64,000 nt of DNA from Dipteris shenzhenensis (GCA_047967505.1 CM106538.1), one strand, 5' to 3'. Positions 25,247 to 38,479 are shown, counted from the first letter of the stretch. Notes: a model not told the origin generated them from the letters alone. Numbers and translations: made by a program.

Positions 25247-26880
25247 GAATTTGCAGCAAAATGCGATGGGGGACCATTTGGAAAATATAAAGCACTCTCC
25301 TCGCATTTTGTTGCAAATTCTCCAGTTCTGTTCATATGCATGTCAAATCAAACACTAGGTTCATCTCATTGATTCCTAGACAGTATGATTTGATATGCAA
25401 GAGAAAGGCTGGAGCTGAGTGAAGCTTTTCATGAGGAATGTGTCAACAACAGGAATTTGCAGCAAAATGCGATATGGGCTACTTAGAGATGTATAAACCA
25501 CTCTCCTCGCATTTTGTTGCAAATTTCTAGGTTCTATTCATATCCATCTCCAATCAAATTCTTGGGTGATTTGGTGATTTACCACATTCTTGGATAGTAT
25601 CAATTGAATATGTAACAAGAAGGGTGGAGCTGAGTGAAGACATTTGGACATAAAAAATCCAATGGATGGAAGAAATATATGTCAAAAAACATTGAAAACA
25701 ATCTAGAATTCTGACCTTTTTTTTCCTTTTCCATGCTGTTGGAGTTGCACTGGTGAATCTTCTGCTCTTTCACTAGCTTGAACTCTGCACTCTAGGTAAC
25801 CTGGAGATCTGGCAGTGGTAGTACTCTTCAGGTAGGTTGCAGTCTGGATGGAGTGTGCTGGGTAGGAAAGGATCAGAGAGAGAAGGAAATGGAAGATGCG
25901 AGGGTCCTGGCAGGGATGAAAGATTGGGAGGCAGGGGAGGGAAGAGTGGTTGTGGAATTGATTATGAAATCATGAATGGCACAAGTTCCAAGGCATAAAG
26001 TGTACCTTTCACACGTGCCAAATTTCAAACTCCAAGAGATCTGGGTCCCATCCACACGTGTGAAAAACAACTACATTCCACATGTGTGGGATTTAGTAGC
26101 TGCCTTATTTGTATTTTGCACTTATTTGTGGTATCCTGTCTCAGCCCTCTTGCCCTCCAATCTTTGCTCTCTTGCCTCCCTACCTCCATACTCTGCAACA
26201 TCAGCATCCTGACCAGCGGCACAGGTTCATCCCCAGCACAGGGTACTCATCAACAGCACAGCACATCCACAGATAGATTTCAGGTCAGTAATAATGGGCT
26301 CTTCCCTCAGTCTCTGCAATCTTCTTGCTTACCATAGAAACAATCCATCCTGCATGGAAATGCATAGACTCAATCCATATTTTATTTAGTTGTCAAGACA
26401 GAGAAATCACTGTAGGAATGCAGATCTTCAAGTGTGATATTTGCATGTGAGGGTAAAACTGTACTTATGGGTTCTTCCTTCAGTCTGTCCACACTTCTTG
26501 CCTTCCATAGACTCAATCCATCCTGCATGGACATGCAAACACCTTCAAATGACTGAAGGCATATTCCAGCATGCTCCCTCATGAATTTGCAAGAAAACGC
26601 GAGGAGAAGGCCTTAGGAATTTCAAACAGCCGAAATCGCGTTTTGTTGCAAATATTGAAACGTTGCTTCATCCACCCCTATCATTCTGGTTTTGTGACTT
26701 CCATAGCTAACCATGGCTGTACTCTTCTTGCATAAACTCCATTCATACTGTATTTAGTTGTAAAGACAGAGAACTCACTGTAGGAATGCACCAACATGTC
26801 ATTTCAGGAATTTGCAGGAAAACGCGATTTGGACCTGTTAAGAATTTCAAACTCCTCGTATCGCGTTTTATTGCAAATTT
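25247..26880. repeat. Four palindromic modules (20 bp inverted arms, 33-34 bp spacer)
   Basis: GAATTTGCA..AAAA(T/C)GCGA-N33/34-TCGC(A/G)TTTT.TTGCAAAT at 25247-25320, 25453-25526, 26583-26655 and 26808-26880. Confidence 0.9.
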
Positions 26881-26985
26881 TTCAATGTTGCTTCATCCAC
26901 CCCTGTGATTGCCTTTTTTTTTTCAAAACATGTTCTCCATGGCTGTAATCTCTTTCCATTGCTTTCTATGCAGTTTGTCAGAGTG

Positions 26986-28309
26986 ATGGCAAGAACCAAG
27001 TCAACTGCAAGGAAAGCTGGCAGGTAGATAAGGTTAAGATTGTTGAAGTAACCCACTCAAAGAACACCAGAGGGAAGACTGCTTATGAGAAGTCATTGAA
27101 GCAGCAAATAAAAGAAACAAAATCTGTTATAGATGTGGAGACTGGAAAGAGGGAGCTGCAGATACATAGAAGGTTGCAGGAGCTGGGCCCTAATATAGTT
27201 GTCCATATTGAGGATGAATTTTCAGTGAATGATTTTGACTTGACAAAACCATGCTTGGCAGCATTGGCTCATAAGAATGAGTATTGCTCAGATACTATCA
27301 TTCTTGCAATGCTCTAGTAAGTGTCTATTATTTTACATTTTTGGCAAAACAATCCTCCTTGTACCTCCTTTATACCCTACCCTAATTATTTTTTGGTCCT
27401 ATGCAGCATGATGAGAAGTTGGCTTCACCCCTCTATACAGCATACAGTCCATATTATTGATCCTGCCATTTCTTCTAAGTTAAGAGATGCAAAGGAAACT
27501 CCCATCAGTATTTCCAGCTGGTTCAGACACTGCAATTTTGAAGTAATTGATGTTTTGCTACTTCCATACCATAACAGGTATGTGGGTGACTACTTCTTTT
27601 AAGATTCTTCTTTAAGATTGAGAACTCTTGCAGCCTTTGATTTCCTAATGCTTTTTTCCTTATGCAGTGACCACTGGATTTTTGTTTCTATTGACATCCA
27701 CCAGTAGAAGCAATGCTTTATATTCAACTCTCTTAAAAACACACACAGAGAGCTGAAATTGTAAGTGTTGTGTGTGCTTTTTGAAGTTAAACTTCATTAT
27801 TTTGATATCATACTAACTAAATTATATATATTGCAGTTGCATTAGAAGGCTTCTAGATGCATTGGATCACTGTCCTCCTAATGTCTCTCTTTTGGATTCA
27901 ATAGAGCCAATAAATCTAGAGGTAAAAAATCGTTCCCTCTACTGATGTCTATTTCATGCTATGCCTTTGAACTTATTGAATAATTTTGTTTTGTTCAGAT
28001 GTTAACAGTTTCTAACATATCTTTCCAACTGTACAGACACCACAACAAGATGATTCTAGTAGCTGCGGATGGAGAGTGCTGATCAGTGCAAAATATCTAC
28101 TTTCAAGCTATTTTGAGAAAGAATAGCCAGACCTTGTAAGAAAAAATAATTTTCATTTAGCTTGAAGAAAATTCATAATGATACAAAGTGTTCTAAATTA
28201 TCATATGCCATTGCAGATGAAAGAAGATAGCTTCAGCTCAAACTATGTATATAATTTTAGAGCTCATACAATTTGGAGGTTTTTGAGCTATGCCTCCCCC
28301 AAACTGTAC
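26986..28309 (+). pseudogene. Ulp1/peptidase C48 (SUMO-protease-like) gene with H3-tail-like N-terminus; six exons, disrupted
   Basis: Exons ~26986-27316, 27407-27577, 27668-27760, 27837-27921, ~28037-28135, ~28218-28309. Spliced motifs YCSDTII..LLLPYHNSDHWIFVSID..FNSL..PQQDDSSSCGWRV..FRAH. Starts MARTKSTARKAG with a 1-nt frameshift before the main frame; two in-frame stops. Confidence 0.82.
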
Positions 28310-28557
28310 CCTGGATTTGCTATGAGACTTTTCTCTTTCTTGGAACTTCCCTTTGAACTATGATTTGCCCCTTTGCACACTTAAGGCTTCATCTTACTTG
28401 TTGTCATCCATAAACTTCCATCTAATCTCATTGACCAACAAGTTACCCATAACATCATCAAACTTTAGTACTCCACCCTCACTCCACCAGGTGCAGAGTT
28501 AAACATCAGCTATACAAAAGTCTCTACATCAAAATTCAGCTTTTGACCTTGAAGCTT

Positions 28558-29105
28558 ACTGAAAATAATATTGAATTCATTCAAGTGAGAAGCACTGGAG
28601 ACCCCTTCTTCATTTACAGCTCAAACAACCTCTTCATGAGATAAACTTTATTAGGCAGTTTCCTTCTCATAAGTGACACATAATTTCTTTCACAATTCTT
28701 CCTTAGTCTGATCATTTACTATTGTGAAATAATTTAACTTTGTAAGATGAAATCTAACAGTAGACTTTGCTAATGTATCATACTCATTCCAATCATCCTC
28801 AGACATAGCTGTAGACTTAGCTCTAATTCCGTGCTGAAAATAATATTGAATTCGTTCAAGTGAGAAGCAATGGAGATCCCTCCTTCATTTACAGCTCAAA
28901 CAACCTCTTCATGAGGTAAAATTTATTAGGTAGTTTTCTTCTCATAAGTGGCACATAATTTCTTTCGCAATTCTTCCGTAGTCTGATTATTTACTATTGT
29001 GAAATAATTTAACTCTATAAGATGAAGTCTAACAATAGACTTTGCTAATGCATTCTACTCATTCCAATCATCCTCAGACATAGCTGTAAGCTTAGCTCTA
29101 ATCCT
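28558..29105. repeat. Tandem duplication of ~275 bp inside copia gag
   Basis: ctgaaaataatattgaattc..cagacatagctgta..ttagctctaat occurs twice (~28559 and ~28834). Confidence 0.9.
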
Positions 29106-32100
29106 TTCCAAGGATTTGATCTTATTCTTTTGAACAAGCATGTCCCTTCCATAAAGGAAAAATTTTCCCATCAAACTTTTTAATATTGAAAAAATCATTT
29201 TCAGACATGGAAGAGGATGCCATGATGCAAATAAAGCAAAATCCCAAATGTTAGTGCCTGCAAGAAAGAATCACACCAAAAAGTCAGGTGCACCAAATTA
29301 TGTATGCCACAAGGGAAGGAAATATCATAAAACCTCAAAGGCTCAAAGCATTAAAAAATGCAACTGACTCATGTGTATATATTGTGCATCCATATGAGCA
29401 AATCTGGCCCAAAAGAAAATGTCAAACTGCAATGACAAAACAATGATAAACGCAATGCCAATAAGAACCAAATGCCTCAAGCATAAACACCGTCCATGGG
29501 CATAAGCATCAATAATGTCTCATCCAAGAGAGCATAGTACTATCAATGCATTAATTGCAATGTGTCAAAGATGTCTCAGCATAAAATAACATCTGTGTAC
29601 TAAACGTCCATCAATAAAGCATCCCACAAGGCAATTTGAACCTATTAGCGCATCCAACAAGAATCGCAATGCATCGAAATGGCCTGTAAAGCATCCACTG
29701 CAACCCAATGCAAACCACAAATAAGAGCACATGGCTCAGATTGCAACCAAAGTGACCTGCATAAGGTATGTTTCAAAATCATGGGCCCACAACAATGGTC
29801 GCTACTGAAAATAAAATCTCAAATGTCTCAAAACCACTGTAATCTTTGAATACACGGCATTAATGACATGACCTACACTTTCTATGACTCAAAGAATACT
29901 TCTAGAAATCACTCTAGATGTGAGGTGAACCCAAGTTAAAGCTTGCGATTGACCTGTAAATGAAACCTTAGAAGCCTAAGGTTCAATAAAAAAATGCCAC
30001 TGTAAAAAATCAAAGGTTGGAACCTTTGAGTGGAATTTTGACAGAGAAACAAACGATTCGACGTCTCAAAGAGATGGAACTTCTCCAAATCTCCATAGAA
30101 TCATGCAAGAGTTGACAGATAGGGGTTTTTAGGCCTTTGGAATGAAATAAAATAGACGATTTTGATAATCGTGGTCCCAAACATGGAGTCCAACACACAG
30201 ATTGAAAAATATTTTAACAAACACATACGTTTGTAAACACCATCGGAGTGCGAATGATGAGCAACACAGATATTTTAAGACCTCCTGAGTCCACCGAAAC
30301 TAACAGATTTGCGAATGGTTGCTTTAAACTTGAGTTCCAACACATTGGTAGAAAAACAATAAAGCAAAGACAATGAGTCAGAAATCCAACGAAATGATCC
30401 CAGATTTAAGAATGAAGGGGTTTTCAAACTCTCAAAGTGCAATGGACACCCAAAGCAAGCAATGGTTGCCTCTGCGAGTCATTCAAGACTCTCAGTCGTT
30501 GAAAGAAACAGGGAAATCATCGAAAAACATCTTTTTGCTCCAAAACCACATGTAGGCTTGTAAATAACCACTCAAAGACTTCCATAAACCACTTGCAGGC
30601 TTCTACAAGGTTCCAATACCACCTGGAAAGCTCCAAAAAGCACCCACAGGCTTGCTCTGTCTTCCCACAGAGCTATAGGAGTAGAGTCCAAGCTCCAAGC
30701 ACACACATGGGCTTAGCTAGATCACCCACAAGCATCAGATAGACCACTCGAGCTTTGATACCAATTGAGAATGCTCTCAACGAAAGCAGAATGGAAGAGG
30801 GTGAGAGAAAGGGAGAACCAAAAGAGAGTCACATAAGTTTTGGTGGGTACAAAACACCCTAATCTTCTATGTCATCCATATATATATACATACGGTGTGT
30901 GTGTTTGAGTATTGTACATAACCAAGATTAAGGGACACCAGCCTTTAATCCCCACATCTAATACCATGAAGAAAAGTCATGATCCGAGAAGTCAAAGGAT
31001 ATAACAAGACAGGAAGTGCTTGAGCAAGAAACCAAGAAAAGAGCAACGTATGCAAGAAAAGAAAAGGCCTGAATAGTCGATCATATTCCAGAGACCCACG
31101 GATGTCCTTATAAAGATTACAAACTAGTAAAGTGAATATGTAGTCCATTGTAGCAACTAATCCAGACTTATACAAAGTAAGTGTTCATCACTAAGCTAAT
31201 ATTTGGAGTTAACCAATACCTTTGAATAAATCTATCACACTCTGATGGTGCAATGAGGAAGGAAGGATTCCATGGAATGGGACCAAACACAAAGTTGATC
31301 CCTAAAGTGATTGATGATAATGTCAATGCACACAATCCAAAGGACACAAGTGGTAGGAATAGAGTTGAGAGAAAGAGAGAATTTATTGAGTCTTAACTTA
31401 CTAGATGAAGCTAGAGTAATGGCCATTCTACCTTCAACATAGCTTTGGTCTTGATTTACTCGATGAAGCTCAAGTAACGTCCATCCTGTCTGCTTATCCT
31501 TTGCATTGAATGACTTTGTTTGATCAAAAAATATAAGGCTTCCCTAGTGAATTAATAGTTGTTGCTCTTCAAGAATCCAACGTGGCACTATTTTGTCAAG
31601 AACATGGGTGTTGTATGAGGCAAAACTAGAATCTATAAATGTTCAAAATGCAAGGGCAATCCAAGAGGCACAAATGAGTTTTGCAAAGAACTGTGAAGAA
31701 GTGAGAATAGAGAATGCAAGGGAAAAAATTGCTTTAGCACAAAGATTGGAAGACGTCCAAAGGAGGAGAGAGGAAGCTATGCGGCCACCCACAATTTGAA
31801 TGTAACTAAAACAATTTCGCAACACAAAGAGATAACCAAAGCATATAGTGCAATGAACGTAGAGAATGAGAAAATTCAAAAAGGAATCTCTTGCTCATGA
31901 ATTGACAACTGTATGAAAAGAAAAGAAGCCACATGATAAATAAACTAGACAATTCCTAAATGAGTATGCCTATCTTGTAGATATTTTAAGATGGTATTAG
32001 TGTTCATAATATAAATCAACTTTAAGAGATTCGGCATGTGGAAAAAATAAAATTTAAGAGATTGGACATGTGGAACAAATAAAATTTACACATAGTTAAT

Positions 32101-32788
32101 AGTGAACACTTTTGTAGTTAAAATTGGATTCAACATTGTGTAATCAAGTTATTTGTGATACAAAATGCAGACACCAATTATTGGGAATGAAGCCATATAA
32201 GACAACATTTGGATTCATGGTGCACAAGGGTAGGCAAAAAGGTCAAGTTCGAACATGTTTTACAATCATCAAAAGTTGGTGAAGCGAGTTGGTAGGTAGG
32301 GCCTTTATTATATGTTTAAATATCATCAAAAGTGGAAGAACGTATTTAATAGGTAGGACATATGAAAGCATGGGTCGAGGAGAGTTCTAATGGAAGGAAA
32401 TGAGCAAGGGAGTCAATTGGATAGCTAGATGGCAATCTAATCAACAAAATCAAGAATGTGATGCCCATGTGATGCCTTTCAAAGAGGAGGCATATGCTAG
32501 CAAGCAAACTTAGATGTACAAAACTTTGAAAGCTGGCTATATGGGTATGCCAATGGAAGGGAGATGGCTAGTCAAAGGAGCTAGTGAAGCTCACCAATGG
32601 CCCCATTAATATAAAGTAGAAAGAGATTAAGAGGAATTGCTGCAATTCTATCTTTTATTGGAAGAGTAGTGGCTAATAATCAGACCTGAGTGAAGCTTCC
32701 ACCAATTAGTGTTAAAAGTAGAAATAAGTTAAGACCAAATACATATTTGGAAAGAAAATAGACATGTTCTTTAGATAAACTTGGATGG

Positions 32789-35464
32789 CTAAGTGTAGAG
32801 AGGGCAATGTGGGAGATGGGATACAACACCACTAGTGCTTGAAAGGGCACAAGAGGCAAGAGGGCAATGGTCTGAGAATTTTTGGCCACCCCACCAATCA
32901 AGGCCTTGGCCACGAAACCCCATTGTCAGACTCAAGAATACACCCATGATTGCAGTGCCTGCATCTAATGCAGCCGATAGCACATAGTTGTAGCGCTTCC
33001 ACCAATCTTTCCGATATCGTAAGATATAGAAGTTGAAGACCATGCCCACCACAAACCAAGATGTGTAGTTGATAGTTCCTGCAGCTGGCATCCAACCCAC
33101 GGCCCCGAGCAACACAGGAACATTTATGAGCTTGATCCAAGGTGCAGCTCGGGGGAAGGCTTTGGCCAACAACCACACCGCCACAGGACCCACTAGCCCA
33201 AAAATTAGCACCCAATACATGAGATTCTTGTAAGGACCTTGATTTCCAAAAGTCCTACTAGGGCCCAACACCCCCCATACTATGGTGGTGTCAAAGGCAA
33301 CTACATCCCAAGGGCAAGTCCATGGACTTGAGGTGTCAAGCTTTCCGTCCACGTTGCACATGTGGGGTATCTTATACAACCACCATGCAGTACCCAGGTC
33401 CACTGTCCCTGCGACTACGGTACCTATCACCTGCAATATCCTTAAGTTAGGTGAGCTTTGGAAAGATTTATGTATTAGTGGTAAGCTCTTTAAGAAGCAA
33501 TGTAACTCACCTGGACCAAGAACATGCTCCTAGGAGGGATTTTCATATAATGTCCGAGCTTGAAATCTACCAAGAAATAGATGGCTTGCTGCATGCTCAT
33601 GTGTCCAAACAACTTCAGACCCTGGTTTGCGATCGGATTCCCAGGAAACAGGTACCCTCCGACGAATTGCATCACCACCATCAATGACGGCGTCTGCCAC
33701 CACACACACCCCTACATCGTTACGGGTTTACCTATACACGTCAATCAAGCGAAATCGAGAGAAACCATTTCGACTTATATACCTACCAGATTTGTGGTAG
33801 CTGCGATCACCCCGATGGGTAGCGTCAGGGCTGCAGCTATGGAGCAGCCCAGCACAACTCCCCACCATGGAATCCCTACTTGAGCCTTGAACTGCACACA
33901 AATCACGATAACCCCCACCAAGCACATCACCAAGAGCCCCAAAAACCATCTGTCTGGGATATCTGGGTAGTGGCTCATCAATCGAGTATGCACATCCGCA
34001 CGCCGCTTCCCCGCGTAGTGCTGCAAGGTTTCCCTGATGTTCAGAAGACCAGGATTAGAAGCGTTGTTTGACGCTGCAAATTATCTTCACGAAAAGGTAC
34101 CACTAAACAAAGATTGATACCAGCTACTTACGCGCCGTGAAAGAAGACGAAATGAGTGATCGTAGCCAATGGAGCTGCGAACAATAAGGCGAGGCTAATT
34201 GCAAAGAAGCTACTCAAGTACAAGTCTCCTTGTGTGAAATCTCGTTGTAAAGCAGCTGTAACGTTATATACACCCCCGGCTGCCGTGAACAGTCCCGATG
34301 ATATGATTGGAAAGTTCTGAGCTTTGTAGGCGTTGCTCCAGTAATACGTAAGGGGCGTTACTATGTAGATTATGGCTCCAGCTCCTACCGCCATGTTAAC
34401 GAGGACCGATGCAGGGTACACAAGTGGGCTACCTAAGAACGAGGAAACCGCAGCCCAGTCTAGTGTGAATGCCCCGACTCCGAGTCCTCTGTAGCCGGAA
34501 CCTATCTGTTGGGCCTTTACGGACCTCGGCCAAATCAAACATGCCAGTGACATGCAAGTAAGGAACGGCATAAAATAGCCTGGGAGAACGTAGTATGCAA
34601 AGCTCACGATCGTCATGATGTAGAAGCTTTGAATCCGCGACAGGCCCGATCTTCCCTTGTTTTCATCTGTTTCATGCAACGTCCTGGACATCCCACCATA
34701 TATAATTTACCTTCATTCCGTCCAAAACTGGGAGCTCTCAGAAAATTGAAGGGCACTCAGACTCTTACCTGAATACAGTCACCTGCACCATGGTAGTTGG
34801 CCACCACATGTGTGCAGGATCAATCAACTGCTTTCGCATTAAGCCAGCCCAACCATATCCAATCAACTGCAAAATTTATCTTCAGCAAGAGTGAGCTTTG
34901 CAACGCTATAGCAAGTGTGCAATCGGAGTGCTTCTAGTAGATACGTACCTGACTTGAAAGCACGAGAACGAGAGCTACAGCGAAAGTAATCCGTAAGTGG
35001 TAAAATAGCTTGATAAGGTTCACCATCTCAACGGCAAAAGCCCCTCCATAACCAAATGCATTCCCTGCATTGGCGAAGATAGTGATAAGCACATGTTCCT
35101 TGACACTGAAAGGTCCTGGATTTAGAGAAAAGCCCCAATCGCGGAAGGGGATCCGGACCACGGTTTTGGGAAGAGCATATGCCAAGAACTGGCCCATAGG
35201 AAGGGCTGCCAAAGTGGCTGAGAGTGCGGTAATCTTCATGGGTTCACTACGATACTGGAAGAACTGGTTGACAAACGCTAGCCCAGCGCAAGAGGCCAGG
35301 CCAAGAACCCACATTCGGACTGTCCATACAGGGAGTGTTGGATCATCAGTAGTAGCTACTGTCATGGCGACTTCCTCAACTGGTGAGACCTCGTCGTCTG
35401 AAAAGGCAACTTTTTCCTGCTGGCCGGTTTTCCCGAGTGGAATCATCTCGACGTTTATCGTCAT
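32789..35464 (-). CDS. OPT: Oligopeptide transporter (OPT family); exons 35464-34949, 34866-34769, 34683-34132, 34033-33787, 33693-33511, 33430-32789; 745 aa
   Basis: Signature motifs SPVEEV, DDPTLPVWT.RMW, NPGPFSVKEH, KLGHYMKIPPR and YNYVLSAALDAG. Canonical GT-AG introns give an open 2238-nt CDS. Confidence 0.95.
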
Positions 35465-38400
35465 GATAACCCGTTGGAAGCAAATATCCAGAGGCGTCTA
35501 ATACAGGCAGCAGCAGGATGCGTCACAAGCAGAGCTCTCCCTTGGCGTTGGAGAACAAGTATGATGAATCGAAATCCATGGCACAGGGTTTCTCTTGGGG
35601 TCTATCGTAGAAGAAAGAGTTCCCAAGGATAAACGTAACACAAGGACGGAGAGCAGGAGGGGAAAAGATCTCTAGGATCGATGCAATAAGTGTAGACGGA
35701 GAAGAGCGATGGGGCTGAGAGGGATCGCGATGGCGATGTAGTAACAGAGCAGAATCCAGATGCACGTTTCTTTGACTGCTTTTCCAGCAACCTGTCCACG
35801 CTCAATTCCAAAGGCATTTTTACCTTTGACAAGACCTTTCATTTGGCATTTTGGAGGGAGTAAATTTTGGAAATCTAGGAGGGTTTAAGTGGCGTGCCTT
35901 GGAGATCCAAAATCAAAAAGAAGATGAACGGGATGCCTAGTAGGAAAAAAGAGGGGGGGGGGGCGGGAGAGAGAGATGACTCACCAAGAACTAAAGAGGA
36001 ATGATACTAAAAGTGGCAACAAATTATACAATTCAAAAAAATAAACAAATCCAAACTTGCAAAATTTTTATTTATATTTTCATATTAGATTTTTCATATT
36101 TTCAATAAAGACCTTCAAAATTTTCAACTTAAGGTTTTTTATGTGTTTAGGAAAATGGTTTCTCTCATCGTTGGTTTTTTTCTAAATAAATAGGCCTAAT
36201 TTATGAAGGGGGTGGTCAGCCCTATCAAAAAATAGATCAACATTCTTTGGAGGTTTGGTCCCATGCAAGATGAAACATCTCTAGCCTCGCTAGAAAAGTC
36301 GATGTGAACGGAGGTTTAGCTTGTGAATTGGAGGTGCAAAACTTATCTCCTTCCATTCGACCATTCTCCTCGTATGCAACTTTTGGGTGGGGTCCAAAGA
36401 GATCTACGCTCGCGTCTTCATGATGGAGTGTATACCTTCTAAGTAGGTGTCATTCTCTCTACACATTTGAAGTTTGTCTCAACCACTGTACCTTGCTAGG
36501 CCTTTCCTCTGAGTCTATCCCGTCTATACATCATCTCTCTGCATCAACACGTAAGAAAGCAATGGATTGGAGCTGTGCTTACAGCGATGTAACCATCAAA
36601 ACATCCATCCATGTGACAAGAACTTCTAAACTTATGTTTAAAGAAGAGACTCTTGGCACTCCCTCCATAGAAGAAACCGTGTTAACTCTTCAACCTTTCA
36701 TGGCCCCTGACATGCTATCTATATGAGCATCTAGAGTTAGTGCAATGTACTTCTAAAAAAATATCGTAAAATGGATCATCTATCCCTATATAACATGCTA
36801 AATCTAGAATTTCAAATATCTAAAACAGCTCTCTCGACTTTAAAAATTTGAAACTATCAAACAGACACACCATTTTCAGCTAGAATCAATTGGAAAACAT
36901 TGTGATTTTCGAAAGAAAATTCATCTATACAAAAAGGTATGTCTCCTCCCAACAAGTGAGATAGTGAGGTAGAGAAAGAAAGGAGGCAGCGCATGAGATA
37001 TTGAGGGAGAGAGGCTGAGGGGAAAGAGAGAAAGGAGGGAAAGCACTGAGTGCTGAGGGAGAGAGAAAGGAGATTGAGGAGGGAGCGAGAAATGAGATTT
37101 AAGAGATGGCATTTGAGCAAAGGAAGAGAGGGCGAGGGAGGTGAACAAAAGGGGGGGGGGAGAGAGGACGTATGGATAGAGGAAAGGGGGGCAGTTGAGT
37201 ACAGGAGGAGAAGACAAAACTCGTTTCACGAAGATTCCAGACTTTGTCGAAAGGGGCATTCACAACCTTTATTAATCATTCGCAGGTGGATAACTCACTA
37301 ATACTAATTAGGAATTTTTGAACATCATGGGCTCATCATGGGGACCTATTTAGCAAGCAGTGTAAAAAACAAAGAGCTAGTTTTTTTTTTGGGGCAAATT
37401 TTTGACACCCTCGAGGACTTTGGGGCAAAAATATGGCTCAAAAGTAAAAAACTATCACCAAAGATTTGACTAAGATAAGATTTTATAGCCATTTCATGAT
37501 ACTATTAAACATACTTTTCCAAGGAGGAGTGTTGAAAAATATACAAGCAATAGGTTAGCATTCTACTTGTCCTCCTTTGATCAACTATGCTAGGGATAGC
37601 TTAGCAGAGTACGGCTCTAGAAATTTTAATTGCAAATCCCTTTTTAATCCATTAAGTAGAAAAACTTGGCAAAATGCTTTATCAGTTGCTAATTAGGCTC
37701 GTGCGTCACCATATCATAGAAATAGAAAGCTCACCTAGCTATTAAATCAAGAATCTTCTAAATTAATGGAAATTTTAGAAGTGCACATAGTTTCACAAGA
37801 AGTTAGCAAAGTCTCTAATTGGACGTAGTGTCTGTATCTTGATTAGCAATGTCTTCCAGGTCACCCACTAGCAATTACAAGAATTCCATGCAAGCATTTA
37901 ACACACGCACCCTCCTTTTAATAACGACACGTATTGAAATATTAAGGCACAAAAACAACTCACCATGAATAAATTAAAGTCATATCATCATATCATCATG
38001 GTTGCGTTCTACACTAAGAGATCTTTCCATATGCATTTACTACTTCAAATTTCGACAATGCATGCAAAACTTACATGATTTTGAGACATTTTCAGCATAT
38101 GTTTTTTTTTTGGGGGTTTAACCCCCTTTTTAGGATATTATGTAAAATATGCCAAAATCATAAGATCTTGCATATTTTGTAAAGGATATGGTTTATGCTT
38201 TGTAAATTTTCATATTTCCCCTTATGTATTTAAGACTTTTGTAGAAGCATGCATATTCTACACTTGAGTGTAGTAGTATAATACATATTGAGTTGAAGAG
38301 GGGCAATGACACTCGGGTCGGAATCAATCTAGGAGTCAGTGTTCACTGAAAACTGAGGTCTAATGTTAGGTGGATGAATGGCTCAAAACCTTTAAAATTT

Positions 38401-38479
38401 TCAATTGGCTGGGACCAACATGTAAAGCAAAAAGCAGCTGAATAGTTCTGAGCGTCCATGTGCCTTTGACAATCAAGCA

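Larger units (their letters stand above)
21581..30956 (-). mobile_element. Non-autonomous Ty1/copia element (gag only) with both LTRs and foreign internal cargo
   Basis: LTRs at 21581-21760 and 30766-30956 (TG..CA, homologous but clearly diverged). TSD TCTAA at 21576-21580 and 30957-30961. PBS complement agctttgatacca at 30751-30763. PPT complement accttccactta at 21761-21772. gag motifs NKVYLMKRLFEL..HLNEFNII..LKFDDV..KSHSKSR at ~28310-29220. Confidence 0.9.

Noticed and set aside
25247-26880. CRISPR array or RSS (heptamer/nonamer) signals
   Set aside because: Eukaryotic context with no cas genes and irregular spacing between modules; no CACAGTG/ACAAAAACC consensus or 12/23 spacers seen.
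26986-27027. Histone H3 gene
   Set aside because: Only the first ten residues resemble H3; there is no histone fold and the downstream exons encode a C48 protease.
34034-34076. Alternative OPT exon-4 acceptor at 34073
   Set aside because: It introduces an in-frame TAA; the acceptor at 34033 keeps the frame.
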